Below are positions 37,001 through 49,504 of a DNA stretch of 64,000 nucleotides, in pieces. Positions within the stretch are counted from its first letter, which is position 1. Each line of letters opens with the position of its first letter. This DNA is from Macrostomum lignano (taxonomy: Eukaryota), in contig NIVC01003106.1 in NCBI GenBank assembly GCA_002269645.1, forward strand, positions 55,100-119,099, given 5' to 3'. The translations under genes were made by a program, and so were the position numbers. The notes beneath the pieces were generated by a model. It searched no databases and was not told the DNA's origin. It saw only the letters and a list, made by a program, of their open reading frames with translations.

Positions 37001-40000
37001 TTTGGGATTAACAAGTGTCGACTTTCTACAACTTTCTGATGTGAATTTATAATCCAACAATTAAAGGGGGTTGTAGCCTAGTGGTAAGAGCATCGGACTC
37101 CCGACTTTAAGGTTGGGGAGGGGGGTTTGATTCTCGACCCACTCATAACAATCTGTGTCCTTAAGCAAGACACTTAACTCTGCATTGCTTCAGTTCACCC
37201 AGCTGTAAAATGGATGCCAGCATTAGCTGGGGTAATTGAGGGTGTGTGTGGCGCCCCCCCCCCCACTAACCCCCAATCTTTGAACAGCCGTACGCAGCCT
37301 TCAGATGCGCCGCGCAATAGCTGCGGCTGAGCTGTCGGTTGCACATCTGGCCCAGTTGGGCAGGTGCAATCAATTATGATTGCGATTACGATTACAATTA
37401 TGATTATTACTATAACTATATGTAATTTCAAACTAAGATAACTATACCATATCGCACATTGAAGCGTCACATTTCTGCAGTATGTTTATCAACACCATAA
37501 AACCAGTGACCTTAACAAGCACTGTGGCCTAAATTTAAACCTTACCAAATTTGTGGAAAAAAACTTTACAAAACCATAAATTGGAATCGAATTTTTAACT
37601 ATCCTCAAGACACTAGTCAGGGCCAGAAGCAATCCAGGTAAGATAAGAAGCCAAATGTCTTGATTGATAAGAGGTGACACGTCAAGAAGTCTTCTCGAGA
37701 TTTTTAAACACTGTTAGCTTTTATTAAAAAAATGATTTCAGGAACTTCTGCTCGTTTACAACGGGCAGTTGAGTTGAGGCTCCATCTGTGTTCAAGCTGT
37801 TTTGAAGAAATTTGCACATTCGGCACCAACTGCCAGTCACTGAACACTTGTGTTTATCGGCTTATTTCATCAGAAACAAATTGTAAAACCGCCATGTAGA
37901 ACTAAATAGATTTGACAAATCTTCTGCACCACGAAATGAAATCACTGCGATATCAGGCCATATTTGCATTTCTGGTTTGGCAACAACTGCTAAAGATTCT
38001 AAGTGCAATGGTGCGATTGTTTTGACCAGGTGGTGCACACTTTGGATTGCACCAAGTCTGTCAGTCAAATTTGATAAGTTCAGCTGTAGCCTGGGTCCAG
38101 TTTTGGTCGGGCAAAGTCAGTTAAAGTTTGTTTTGGCATGGCTCAGTTTGTTTTTTGTTTACTAAAGTTTAGTTTGTTCTAGTTTAGCTTATTTTAGCTT
38201 AGTTTGTTCTAGTTAGCTTTAGTTTAGTTAGCTCTCTTTAGGTTTAGTCTAGTTTAGTTTAGCTCAGCTTAGTTTGTTCTAGTTAGCTTTAGTTTAGTTA
38301 GCTCTCTTTAGGTTTAGTTTAGTTAGCTCTCTTTAGGTTTAGTTTAGTTTAGCTCAACTTAGTTTGTTCTAGTTAGCTTTAGTTTAGTTAGCTCTCTTTA
38401 GGTTTAGTCTAGTTTAGTTTAGCTCAGCTTAGTTTGTTCTAGTTAGCTTTAGTTTAGTTAGCTCTCTTTAGGTTTAGTTTAGTTTAGTTTAGCTCAGATT
38501 AGTTTGTTCTAGTTAGCTTTAGTTTAGTTAGCTCTCTTTAGGTTTAGTCTAGTTTAGTTTAGCTCAGCTTAGTTTGTTCTAGTTATCTTTAGTTTAGTTA
38601 GCTCTCTTTAGGTTTAGTTTAGTTAGCTCTCTTTAGGTTTAGTTTAGTTTAGCTCAACTTAGTTTGTTCTAGTTAGCTTTAGTTTAGTTAGCTCTCTTTA
38701 GGTTTAGTCTAGTTTAGTTTAGCTCAGCTTAGTTTGTTCTAGTTAGCTTTAGTTTAGTTAGCTCTCTTTAGGTTTAGTCTAGTTTAGTTTAGCTCAGCTT
38801 AGTTTGTTCTAGTTAGCTTTAGTTTAGTTAGCTCTCTTTAGGTTTAGTCTAGTTTAGTTTAGCTCAGCTTAGTTTGTTCTAGTTAGCTTTAGTTTAGTTA
38901 GCTCTCTTTAGGTTTAGTTTAGTTTAGCTCAGATTAGTTTGTTCTAGTTAGCTTTAGTTTATCTCAGTTTTTTACAGTTTAGTTCAGTTTGATTTAGTTT
39001 GGTTTAGCTCAGCTCAGTTGGTTCCAGCTCAGTTTTTCTGTCAGTCAGGTATTTCCGCAGCAATAATCCCAATCCTATATATATGATCCTCTAATTCACA
39101 GTGTTTATTCCAGGAAAGCAAGTGGATTTAAAGTGACTCACCCACGCACAGCTCTGAACTACATGCAATCATATTATAAGCGGAGAGCACATGAAGCAAC
39201 CGCCTTTTTTTGTGCAATCGAAGAACCCTGGACAACGCCGCTCCAGCGCAGTGTAAAGGGCAAAGTAGAAGGGGCGCTGTGGATTCCAGCACACACAAAA
39301 ACAGAGCACAGAACTGGGAAACTCCATTGCAACACAAGCCTTCGCGTCACACAATCTAGCTAATGCTAGGCTCTTAGAGACCAACATTTGTACTTTAACA
39401 CTGGCTAACGTCTTCCTGACATTCCAAATGATGAAACAGCAAAACAGGAAGAATTAAGGCATGACTATTAAATGCCAAACCCTGGAAAGTCCAAATGCCA
39501 CAGGAAATGGGAAACAAGAAAAAAATTCACGTGGTGGATTTGGGAAACACGTCAGGTAAGCAAGAGGTCCGTTTGCGATTGCTTTTCCTAAAGTAAACGA
39601 TGACCTGCACTGTAGCCCAGTTTCTGGGCGGGATTGCACTTTAACGGTCAAGGCCGGTGGGAAAAATAAATGATTACACGGCTTTGAAAAAAATCATCAC
39701 TTTACAATGAAGGACTGAGAGAAAGAGGAAAGAAAAGGAGGGGAGAGGAGGGGAGAGAAAGAGAGAAGAGATGGGGAGGAGAGGGAAATGTGAGAGAGAG
39801 AGGAGAGAGGGAGGCGGAGGGAGAAGAGAGAAGGAAGAGCAGGAGGGGAGAGATGGAGGGGAGTGAGGGAGGGGAGAGATGAAGGGGAGTGAGGGAGGGG
39901 AGAGATGGAGGGGAGTGAGGGAAGGGAGAGATGGAGGGGAGAGATGGAGGGGAGTGAGGGAGGGGAGAGATGGAGGGGAGAGATGGAGGGGAGTAAGGGA

Positions 40001-43000
40001 GGGGAGAGCGGGAGGGGAGAGCAGGAGGGGAGAGCGGGAGGGGAGAGCAGGAGGGGAGAGCGGGAGGGGAGAGCAGGAGGGGAGAGCGGGAGGGGAGAGC
40101 GGGAGGGGAGAGATGCGGGGAAGAGAGGGAGATGGAGAAAAGCGGGAGAGGAGAGGGATAGGGAGATGGGATATTAGAGGATTAGAGAAGAGAGATTAAT
40201 CGTGAAGATAGCACAGCAAAACAGTTTTGATGGCAAAAGCATCTTCAATGCCAAACGATGTGCAACAGCAGAAATGCAGCAGCAAATTAATGCCAATAAA
40301 TTACCAAATTTTCTATTACGAAAAACTTGTAACGAAATCAGAAAAAGCATTTGAAACATTTGAACCATTACACAGTTTAAAGAGAAAAATTCTTGAACTT
40401 TGCACTGAGGCAGTGGAAAGCAGTAACCTAATGCTAGCACAGTTTAGCACACACAAGCAAAACATTAAGCATAGGCAGACCCAGCTAAGAGTTCAGAGAC
40501 AAGATAAACGCTTAAAATCCAGGCAGTCTTGAAGCTATAAAAGCGATAAGAGAGCATTAGAATCTGTCTGCTTTTTTCAAGCATTAGCTGTGCAACAACT
40601 TTAACAATCAGAAATCATCTGCTATATATATTTATTTAAAATTATCAGCCTATGAGTAGTTTAGAACCAAGTAGACAATCCAGGGTCCCTGTTTTTAACA
40701 GGCCATTTTTGCATGCAAACTAAGCATGAAATTAATCAGAAGTACTATATTCTAGCCCTTTTAGCGACTTACTTATGCATCTTAATATACTTACGGTGCT
40801 AAAACTTTTGGCACTTTAAATAAACACCCAGTTTGTCACTCTAAACACAGAGTTTGTCACTCTAAACACCCAGTTGTTTGTCACTCTAAACACCTAGTTT
40901 TGCACCCAAAACACCAAGTTTGGCACTCTAAACACCCAGTTTGTCACTCTAAACACCCAGTTTGTCACTCTAAACACCCAGTTTGGCACTCTAAACACAG
41001 AGTTTGGCACTCTAAACACAGAGTTTGGCACTCTAAACACAGAGTTTGTCACTCTAAACACCCAGTTTGGCACTCTAAACACCCAGTTTGTCACTCTAAA
41101 CACCCAGTTTGTCACTCTAAACACCCAGTTTGGCACTCTAAACACCCATTTTGGCACTCTAAACACCCAGTTTGGCACTCTAAACACCCATTTTGGCACT
41201 CTAAACACCCATTTTGGCACTCTAAACACCCAGTTTGGCACTCTAAACACCCATTTTGGCACTCTAAACACCCAGTTTGGCACTCTAAACACACGTTTTG
41301 GCACTCTCAACAGCCTAACTTGTAGCAGTTTAGCAAAGGCATGAGACTCATTAGATTTATTAGACACAGCCTATTTGTCAGAGGACACAATAAGTTTAGT
41401 ATAGAAATCTAGGCACCAGACAGACACACTTCAAAAGCATATTATTAATAACATGCACAGCACACAGACAGACAAAGCGAAAGCATAACGTCAGCGAACA
41501 GTAGTTTGTATGTAAAAGTACACGCCATTGAAGCAATATAATAAATCAAAACTAAGAATTTCAGCAAGATGCATTAGTGTGCGCAGAAAATTTACAGTTT
41601 GGAAATTGCGTTGTACGTCACAGCTTATATTCAGTAAGATCTTGAAGAATTGTTAATATAAACAGCACTTCCTGCAAACTTTTCAATTCTAGAAACTTCT
41701 GAAATGTTAATCCTTTCTCCTCTCTTCAAGCACAACCTGTTAAACGGAGTAACCAAAATATAGAAAATCGTAACTTAGGTCAAATTATGATCTAACATTT
41801 GATCATTTGTAGTTCAACTACTCAATTACACAAGGCACACATTCATTTTGGGTCTACCCCAACGGGTTTGTTTTGGGCCATTTTTCACCTTTTCATTCGT
41901 TCTCTTAGCAATAAAAAAACTATAGTAATAATTCCCAACCCCTGGATTTTATGCGTTCATATTTCGTTTGCAACGCCAGCGATATTACCTCCAAAACATT
42001 TTCTTTCCCTCTGTCTTCTGTTTGTCTTTCTATGCATACAAGCTGACAGGCAAAGCTGATTGAGCAATTATAGAGTTTTAAATATACCCAGCAACATGTC
42101 AGAGAACCCCAAGCGTTTGGTATATGTTACTGAGTATATAATATAATTCTATATGCATTTTGAACATATTGAACATAAAGACAGGTACGAGTAGGAAGTG
42201 AAGCTACAACAAGTAAAACGAATCTTGATTTCCTTCAAAAGAGCAGAAAAGCAAAAAAAAAAACACTCGACTCTCTTATCTACCTTTTGCACACCAGCGC
42301 CGCATGATATAGCAGCAGCATACGATTGTACAAGAAGACTTTGTCACCCGACACCCAGCAAGAACACAGCTGAGAGGGGCACGCCGGTTAGGCATGCTTT
42401 AATAACCGATTTAAAAAAACACACACACGCACTCTTACAAGCCACTTGAATATGCATGTAACAGTGTTTTGCGTTATCTAAATCTTCAATCTGAGAGTAG
42501 CTACACTTTTCAAAACTGTAAAAAGAAAACTTATTTTAACAGCAGAAATAAAACTCTTAGATTAATAGCGGCTGTACAGCTGTAGGTCAGAGCAGTGGTG
42601 CACTTTACCGACTAGGAACCGCAACCCTCTCTCTTACCGCCCATTTTTTAGTCTCCCACTCGTAGAGTTTTCCCAACACGCCATTTCCTGCATGAAAAAG
42701 TCAGCTGCCTTGCCATAAATCTCTTTCCCCTCTCAATGCTAGCTAGCCGAGGGTAGATTTCCAATAAAAGTACACGCAGCGCAGATTTATTTAAGCTATT
42801 GATACGATTTTGACCCTACTTTTCCATTGCATACAGCACACGACACCCCAGTCTTTGCGGGACTCTTTTTAACATGAGTCATGTTTACGGTTTCCATTTT
42901 TACAATCAATCATGTTTACGGTTTCCATTTTTACAATCAATCATGTTTACGGTTCCCTAACCTAAACCTAACCTAAACTGGCGACAAAGTCAAATTTTAA

Positions 43001-43427
43001 GTCAATATTTTCAATTATTAATCTCTTCAATCTGCCTGTGTACAGATTGACGCATAAAATGTGTAATAATAAATCAATCGCTCACCTCAACAAAGTCCAG
43101 AAGCTCCGTGGCTTTCTCTCTCGCGTCTGGCAGCGGTGCAGCTTTAGAAATTCGCAGCAGGTCCGGCAGCTGCTCCTCGATGTTGCACCGCTGCGACGGG
43201 TCGCCAGCGCGGCCAGCAGCTGCTGCCCCGCCAAGATACTGCATGTCTGACAGATTTGGCGGCGAGCTGAGGCCAAAGTACCATACTTGAAACATGCTTC
43301 TACACTGGGAGAATATGTCGCTGCGATTGTTTAACTCCCGGTCGGAGAGACCGCGCAGCATTGAGATTGACTCTGGACTGCGGCCTACCGGCAAAAATGG
43401 TTCCGAAGCGGTGCCATTCGCTGTCAT
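31060..43427 (-). CDS. SESN: Sestrin (PA26 family)
   Basis: Exons 43427-43086, 36142 (or 35776)-35378, 33484-33011, 32522-32178, 31575-31240 and 31152-31060; all phase-0 GT-AG introns. Motifs HPEYL, MAASRHRCAYL, DYSWEEDG, LTYLTMG, GIRHDDYDY, HSEKVHVNL..ARVQACLLYSLRA. Confidence 0.96.
31610..32105. repeat. 32-bp minisatellite x~15, Sestrin intron 4
   Basis: GCTTCATATCAGCTAGTGTACATTGGGGGTAG units. Confidence 0.95.
32577..32878 (-). mobile_element. tRNA-derived CORE-type SINE, copy A
   Basis: A-box TAGCCTAGTG, B-box GGTTCGATTCC, CORE-like GTGTCCTTGAGCAAGACACTT...CAGCTGTAAAATGG, and a 3' tail shared with the other copies. Confidence 0.85.
33487..33795. repeat. 43-bp G-tract minisatellite x~7 abutting the Sestrin exon 3 acceptor
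   Basis: GGGTGGGTGCTGGGTGAGAGGGGAATCGGGTGAGTGTACATTG units. Confidence 0.95.
34487..35350. repeat. 21-bp minisatellite x~40 next to the Sestrin exon 2 donor
   Basis: GAGTGACATTTCTAATCTAAG units. Confidence 0.95.
37066..37415 (+). mobile_element. tRNA-derived CORE-type SINE, copy B, with an ATT-rich tail
   Basis: Same head, core and tail as copy A, ending in GATTAC/ATT microsatellite. Confidence 0.85.
38165..39000. repeat. 70-bp higher-order repeat built of TTTAG-like subunits, Sestrin intron 1
   Basis: Identical 70-bp registers at 38701, 38771 and 38841. Confidence 0.9.
39720..40195. repeat. Purine-rich GA/GGGA low-complexity tandem repeat
   Basis: Nearly pure G/A on the + strand, with GATGGAGGGGAGTGAGGGA and GCGGGAGGGGAGA units. 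Confidence 0.9.
40825..41308. repeat. 21-bp minisatellite x~23
   Basis: CACTCTAAACACCCAGTTTG(G/T) units. Confidence 0.95.
42879..42955. repeat. 31-bp tandem repeat x~2.5
   Basis: TCATGTTTACGGTTTCCATTTTTACAATCAA at 42879, 42910 and 42941. Confidence 0.85.
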
Positions 43428-46400
43428 TTTGATGTCAGTTTTTTATTGTTGGGTATGGCTTTGGTTCAGTTTTCAAAGGCCAACAACATGCAATTAAGTT
43501 TTATACAAATTATAATTAACAATGTTAAACAACAGTCTGTTAATAACAATTTCAATGCATTAAAACCTCTTCCTACCCAACCAGAATCCATAATTTGTTT
43601 GTTCCCAACTGCTAGATATTTTCTGGCATAGCATGTCACTTGCATTCCTGCCGGCTAGGCTTACTGATCAAGCTTGGTTCAAACTGACATGCTAGATGGG
43701 AAGGAGTCTCACTTGATGCCTGGTTGGTATGTGCGCTGCTTACCATAGAAATCTGTGCGCAGACAGCAAGTCCCTGCCTTTTGCAGTAAGACTAGCTTTC
43801 TTACATTAACATTCTTACCATCTTGTTTATTAGCCTTTTCTTGCGAAATTTGTCAGTATTTACTCACTGATAACATACAGTCTCTAGGCTTCTGCCTTTG
43901 GGATAGACTACATGACCTCTGAGACAGTAAAGCCAGCCTTTCAAACTATCTTCCATCTAAGACCATTTCATATAGTGAGAGAGGTGCTAGAATTTTAAAT
44001 CTAAAAAGTGCTTAAAAACTGATAGGTGTTTTTAAAAAATTGAAGTTCTGTACATCAAAGCTAAACCACCTAGCCTCAATACCCAACTCCTATACAGTGG
44101 CATGGGTCATATCCTCTATATTTTTAAGACTATATATACTACTACACTCCATGACAATCCATTCTTTTAAACCCTTGTAACATATTATATATATGTAATA
44201 ACTCAAACCATATCTATTTTAATCAATACCATAAATTTTTCTATGTAATACTAATGTTTATAGATTTAGTTTTAGTTTTATAATTATGAAAAATGCATAA
44301 AAAAGTTGTTCCACATTTATACCAATAATCTCTATATGACATGATTATATGCTAAGTGCATTTGGGACCCCTTATATATGCTAGAGTTTTCTAAGGCAAA
44401 TGCCAGCATCTTGAATATGATTAAAACCTTGGTTTAAAGACTATGAATGCAATATAATTTTTTTTATAAATTAACAAATAACAAAAATATTAAAGTAAAG
44501 CTCATTTAATATAAGCTTAAATAATATATTTAAGTAAGCATGTTCTAAATTTAATATTCAATAAGGATAGGAATAATTTTAGCAATAATGCTTAAAATGT
44601 GATATCACTTTGTTTAAATCTTTTTGTGAGACAAAAGCTGTGTACATTTGGCATATCATAACAAAAGATGCATTTTCCAGTATGTTATACTGTACCATTA
44701 GAACTATAACTTTAAAGCCACATCATTATGCATTTGTGCCCATTGAAATTTAAAATATCTAAGAAAAATAAACAATTAAATGTGCAAAAGTAAAAGATTG
44801 CCATTAATGCTATAACAAAATGACAATAAGCAGGTGGTCAAAGAAAGGGCCTGGCAAGATCTTAATCTTAATTTCTAACAACAAAGTTTCAGCACTTTGA
44901 GATCTCAAGATTTTGAGACTTGGTCTTTTTAGGTCATTTCAAAAACTCCCAAAATTTTCAGTTTAGCCTTGGAATTTGAGAACAGTTAAGCAATATTAAA
45001 TTCAATAAATAAAGTGTAAAAATGTTATGAAGATATGATGCTACATTGAGAATATCATCACTCTAATCAAATGACAGAGACAACAAGCCAGTATATATAA
45101 ACTCTAACATTGACTGTAGGCCCTCAGCTGTAACACCTTTGAGCTTCAGATAAAAGGCTCCAGCTTTTGTATATGTCTAAACTAAATGTGGCCCTGAAAT
45201 AGTCACTGTTAGCCATTAGCATATTTTTATACATAGGAAACTAGACATTGCTTAGGGCCTGCTAGTGCTGAGAGTCAGGTCACAATAGTCTAAGCATAGC
45301 CTTAGCAGGTTGAGCTAGGAAAGCAGCTTGGCTGGATAGTCAATGGCCAACACTATGCAACTCTCTTGGCTAGCTGTGAAGCACTTTTCTAACAATATGG
45401 TTAAGGATTTAGTTGACAATGTTGAGATTTTGCTAATACCTAATGCCTTACTAGTATTAGGCCAACACTTTCTGCAGGACCATGAGCCACTAAGAACCAG
45501 AGGCTACTGTTACTAGAGCAACAGATTGTGGCTGTTGAGTAAAAAGTAAAAGACAATATAAAATGACATTAGGCCTATAGGATAAATTTTATATAGGCCT
45601 ATAACTTATTATAAGAATAACTCTTCCTATAAAAATCACAATTTTAGCTTGATCTCCAATTCTCAATTCACTTATTTTCAATCTTATTTTTTATTAATTT
45701 TTTTTGCTCAATCTTACTCAAAAATAAAAACAAAATTCTAATTTTTTATCATAGTCAGGCTCTAGTCTAGACTAGGTATGTGACTATGATAGTATCATTT
45801 ATATTTGATACACATCAAGTTTATAACAAGCTGTTTTATTTGTTTCTTTGTTTTTCTTTCTATTATTGTAGTTAGTACAAATTTAACAAAAAACAATATT
45901 AGCATTGAAAGATAGATAGATAGATAGATAGTGTAAATAGGTCTATACTCTATTAGATAGCAGATACTAACTAGGCTTAATCTCAAATATTGGTTATATC
46001 AAGTCTCAAGAAGCTTGAAAATGTGATATTGTCCAACCACTAGGTCATTGGCCAAAGGTAGAAAAAACTTAGTGATTCTTCAGTTTATGATTAGGCCTAC
46101 CTTCTATTTTGCTAGGGCCTAATTTCAGTTTGCAAAATCACCTTATATTTTGCTCATTGCAGAAGAAAAATGGCATGTTTAAAACAATCTGACAAAAAAT
46201 ATGCAAAATTGAAAGTGTGGTTTGTTGGATGATGCTTATACATCAGCTTTGGTATACAATCATTTGAATGTGTAATGCACATAGAAATGATTGTGCATCA
46301 AATCTGGCTTAAAATTAAAATTTTACATAATGCACATGAAGTTAGGGTAAAGGTAATATTGCCAGCTTTGGTTTGCGATCATTTCAGCGAAGTGCATGTG

Positions 46401-47644
46401 TGGAAGTGATCGTAAACCGAAGGTGAGAGGGGGTGCGAAAGAGGGGGGATTTCGAATTTCGATGCCCTCAATCTGAAATGAGCAGCGATTTTCGACATGT
46501 GACTACGAGTATTTTTTGTATTTGACACGCTTTCCTACTTCTACCTTCTAGCTTCATTTCACGATCATTTTAATGGGAAACGTACGGTTGGGTGATCGCA
46601 AACCGAAGGTGATATAATATAAGCTACAACAATCTTACCATCCTTAAATAAACAATGTTAGTTCGCCAACTTGTAGTTTCTTTTCATTTGAAACCATCGT
46701 CGGTTTTCATATTTACAACTGCTTTAAGTGGTGATCGTCACTGTTTGAGGTGATCGCAAACAGAAGGAATGCTGAAAACTTGACTTAAGTTGACTAAATT
46801 GAAGCTGCTGAATACAAGCTCATTTTTAACTATGTTTCTCTGAAAACCGATGGTTTAATTTTAAGACTGTTAAAATCGTTAAAACAAAAATCATTAGAGA
46901 TAAAACAAATGAACATTAATAGGAAAAAACGTTTGTTTAGCAGCTCAATTAAAAAACCAATTATTGTTAAATTTTTGCAAGTGTACACGTACACAATAAC
47001 TCACATAGTAACTTTTAAATCAACGATTGTCGCATATTTTCCAATTAGATGAAACACTATAGGAACAGTACAGTAAAATTGCATTTTCATTATACCAATT
47101 CCAGAACCAAAATCGGTTTTGAGCTCTCATATTGTATGTTCCGTTTTCAGAATCGTACCATGTATTTAGTACCGTGTTCTAGTTCTAGCATTTGAGAAAT
47201 TTTCTTCATCTATTGCATTAGGCCTATGTAATGCCAGTTACTAGAATACTAGTGACCACTGACTGACTGTATACTTTTTTTTATAATTACAAATTTTTAG
47301 GCCCCCCCCCCCTACCAAAAAATTGTCAACTAGGACTAGGCTTAGCCCTAAACAACTTTACTAAAACAACCTGTAAGCTATAGGCCTTGCATACATTTGT
47401 TTAGGGGGCCTATATAGGCTTACCCTTTGGCTTTGCCATAGAAATACACACTGCATAGGCCTAACCTAATGACAATGTTTCTATGCTCACAGCTCACTTA
47501 AAAGAAAGCCACAAGTAGAGCTGATCAAGCACAGAGTTGCAATGCAGCAGCTATAATATTTGTTCTAGTCATGGACCCTAACATATCACTACAAAGGAGC
47601 AAAGACAGGCAATCTTTAGGCTCATTCTATATATTCATGTCAAT

Positions 47645-48753
47645 CATGTGCAACCTTGGGAATACTGAATCTGGTCCATTTCGGTGACAAACCATTTCAG
47701 CAATACCCATTTCATCAACAGGTCAATTTGGCAACAACCATTTTGGCAACAATTCTTAAATAGGATTTTGAATGTTTTCTTATCTTATAAAAAAGACACT
47801 CTTAGGAATTAAATGCCTAAGTTTCAGACTTGCCTTTTTATATTATCTGATTGATATTTTCACTATCCCTCTGTCTGCACATGTACATAAATGTCATGCA
47901 CAGGCTCTGCAACTATGTCCAGGGCACATGGATCTGCAACTCTAACTGGCAAATTCATGAACTCTCAGTCTTTCAGTTATCGATTAGAATGAACAACGAC
48001 ACCAAGGAATGGCATAATAAGCTGCAGCACCATGCAATAAGGGCCAACATGCAGTTCTACTAGCTGTTAAAGCTGCTGCATGAAGAGGCTTTCTTGGTCG
48101 AGATTGATGCAGCATTGGTCGGCCAGCTAGGTGCCAACATTCGGGAAATGAGGCCAGTAGTGCATATGAGGCAAGAGGCCTTCTTTTGCCTCTGGGCGGA
48201 GTACAAAGCTGGCACCAGAACTGTTGAGGCATTGCTGCTTGCATGCAATGGCATGAATGCCCCTGTGGAAGAATAAACATTGTACACAAATTGTAATTTG
48301 AATGAACTAATGTTTAAAGTCCTCTACAAGCTTTTTTCTCATTGTTTCTTAAAGCATTAATTTCTTATTGCAATTCATTCGTTTTACTAAGTTTAACACT
48401 ATAATTTGTTTTAACAACATTTAAACAAAGGTTGTAAATTTGTGTAAGTTCTAAAATTTTTTGTTGCTATAAGATAAGAATACATGAAAAATCCTATTTA
48501 AGAATTGTTGCCAAAATGGTTGTCACCAAATTGACCTGTCACCAAAATGGGTGTTGCCAAAATGGTTTGTTGCCGAAATGGACAGGACCTGAATCACCTA
48601 CACCTAGCCGTTTCTAATGCCATGGCAACATACACATGTAAGTTGCTATTGGCTAAAAGTGGTCACATGACTATTATTCCGTCCAATAGCGACTTATATG
48701 TGTGTGTTGCCAATAGAAATGGCTGGGTGAATCCCTAGGTTGCACCTATGCAT
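47645..48753. mobile_element. Palindromic element copy 2, interrupted by a MULE derivative
   Basis: Left end GCAACCTTGGGA near 47650; the remainder at 48601-48753 matches copy 1 (GCCGTTTCTA...GTCACATGAC...GTGAATCCCTAGGTTGCAC). Confidence 0.75.
47673..48588 (+). mobile_element. Non-autonomous Mutator-like (MULE) deletion derivative
   Basis: ~100-bp TIRs (47673-47769 and 48488-48583) built of CCATTT(C/T)GGCAACA subrepeats. The internal frame ~47890-48276 resembles a transposase C-terminus (YVQGTWI...SVFQLSIRMNNDTKEWHNKL...LLHEEA) with one stop. Possible 8-bp TSD CTGAATCT/CTGAATCA. Confidence 0.8.
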
Positions 48754-49232
48754 GATTCCACATAAGATAGACAAAAAAGTCAATATTTTTGCTTGCCATT
48801 GCCTTATCAGCCAATTTTTTTGCCAAATGTTTTTAATGTGTAATATATACAATCTAAGAATAGATAAATGGTAAAATGTTAGATTAGGCCTAATATGTTA
48901 TTAATTGGCAAAAAGTCATTTTTGTAAAAATTTGGACATTTTTCTAAGCAAAAGACATCATTAACTTTGTGTACTTTTTAACCACAAATAGTTCAAAGCT
49001 TTGGAAGGTTGAAACAAACTATAAATAAAATTATAGTATTTCCATAATCAGATAAAAACATAAGCAACAATATAATCTATTATATTTATAATATATTGGT
49101 ACCTCAAAGTTATTAGATTGACAGAAAAAATATGTTATGACTATAAGGCTGCCTTTTCTTTTGTATCTTTGTTGTCTTTATGATTTTATATATTCTAATT
49201 AGATTATGATTTCTGAAGATGTTCTTAGACCT

Positions 49233-49504
49233 CTGGGGTTTTTTCATCCATAACTTGGGTGCAATTTTACACCCTGTGCAAGATTTCAGGGTGCAATTTT
49301 CAAGACCAGGATGTGCTATATTGCTGCAGACAAAAACTGGTCTAACACTAATAGTGTGTTTCAAAGTCCATAATACTAAATTGTGAAATCCGCATCACAT
49401 CCTTGCAAAAAATTCTGGTGCGCTTTTCGCACCCTGAGTCAAAATTCAAGATGCAATTTTTAAGACCATGATGCTAATTCACACCCTTTTGTACAAAAAC
49501 CCAG
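49233..49504. mobile_element. Possible short MITE
   Basis: Ends CTGGGGTTTTT and AAAAACCCAG; internal duplicated TGCAATTTT(C/T)AAGACCA; no clean TSD. Confidence 0.3.

Noticed and set aside
40894-41367. HSKHPVW / RVPNWVF repeat ORFs
   Set aside because: Translation of a 21-bp intronic array.
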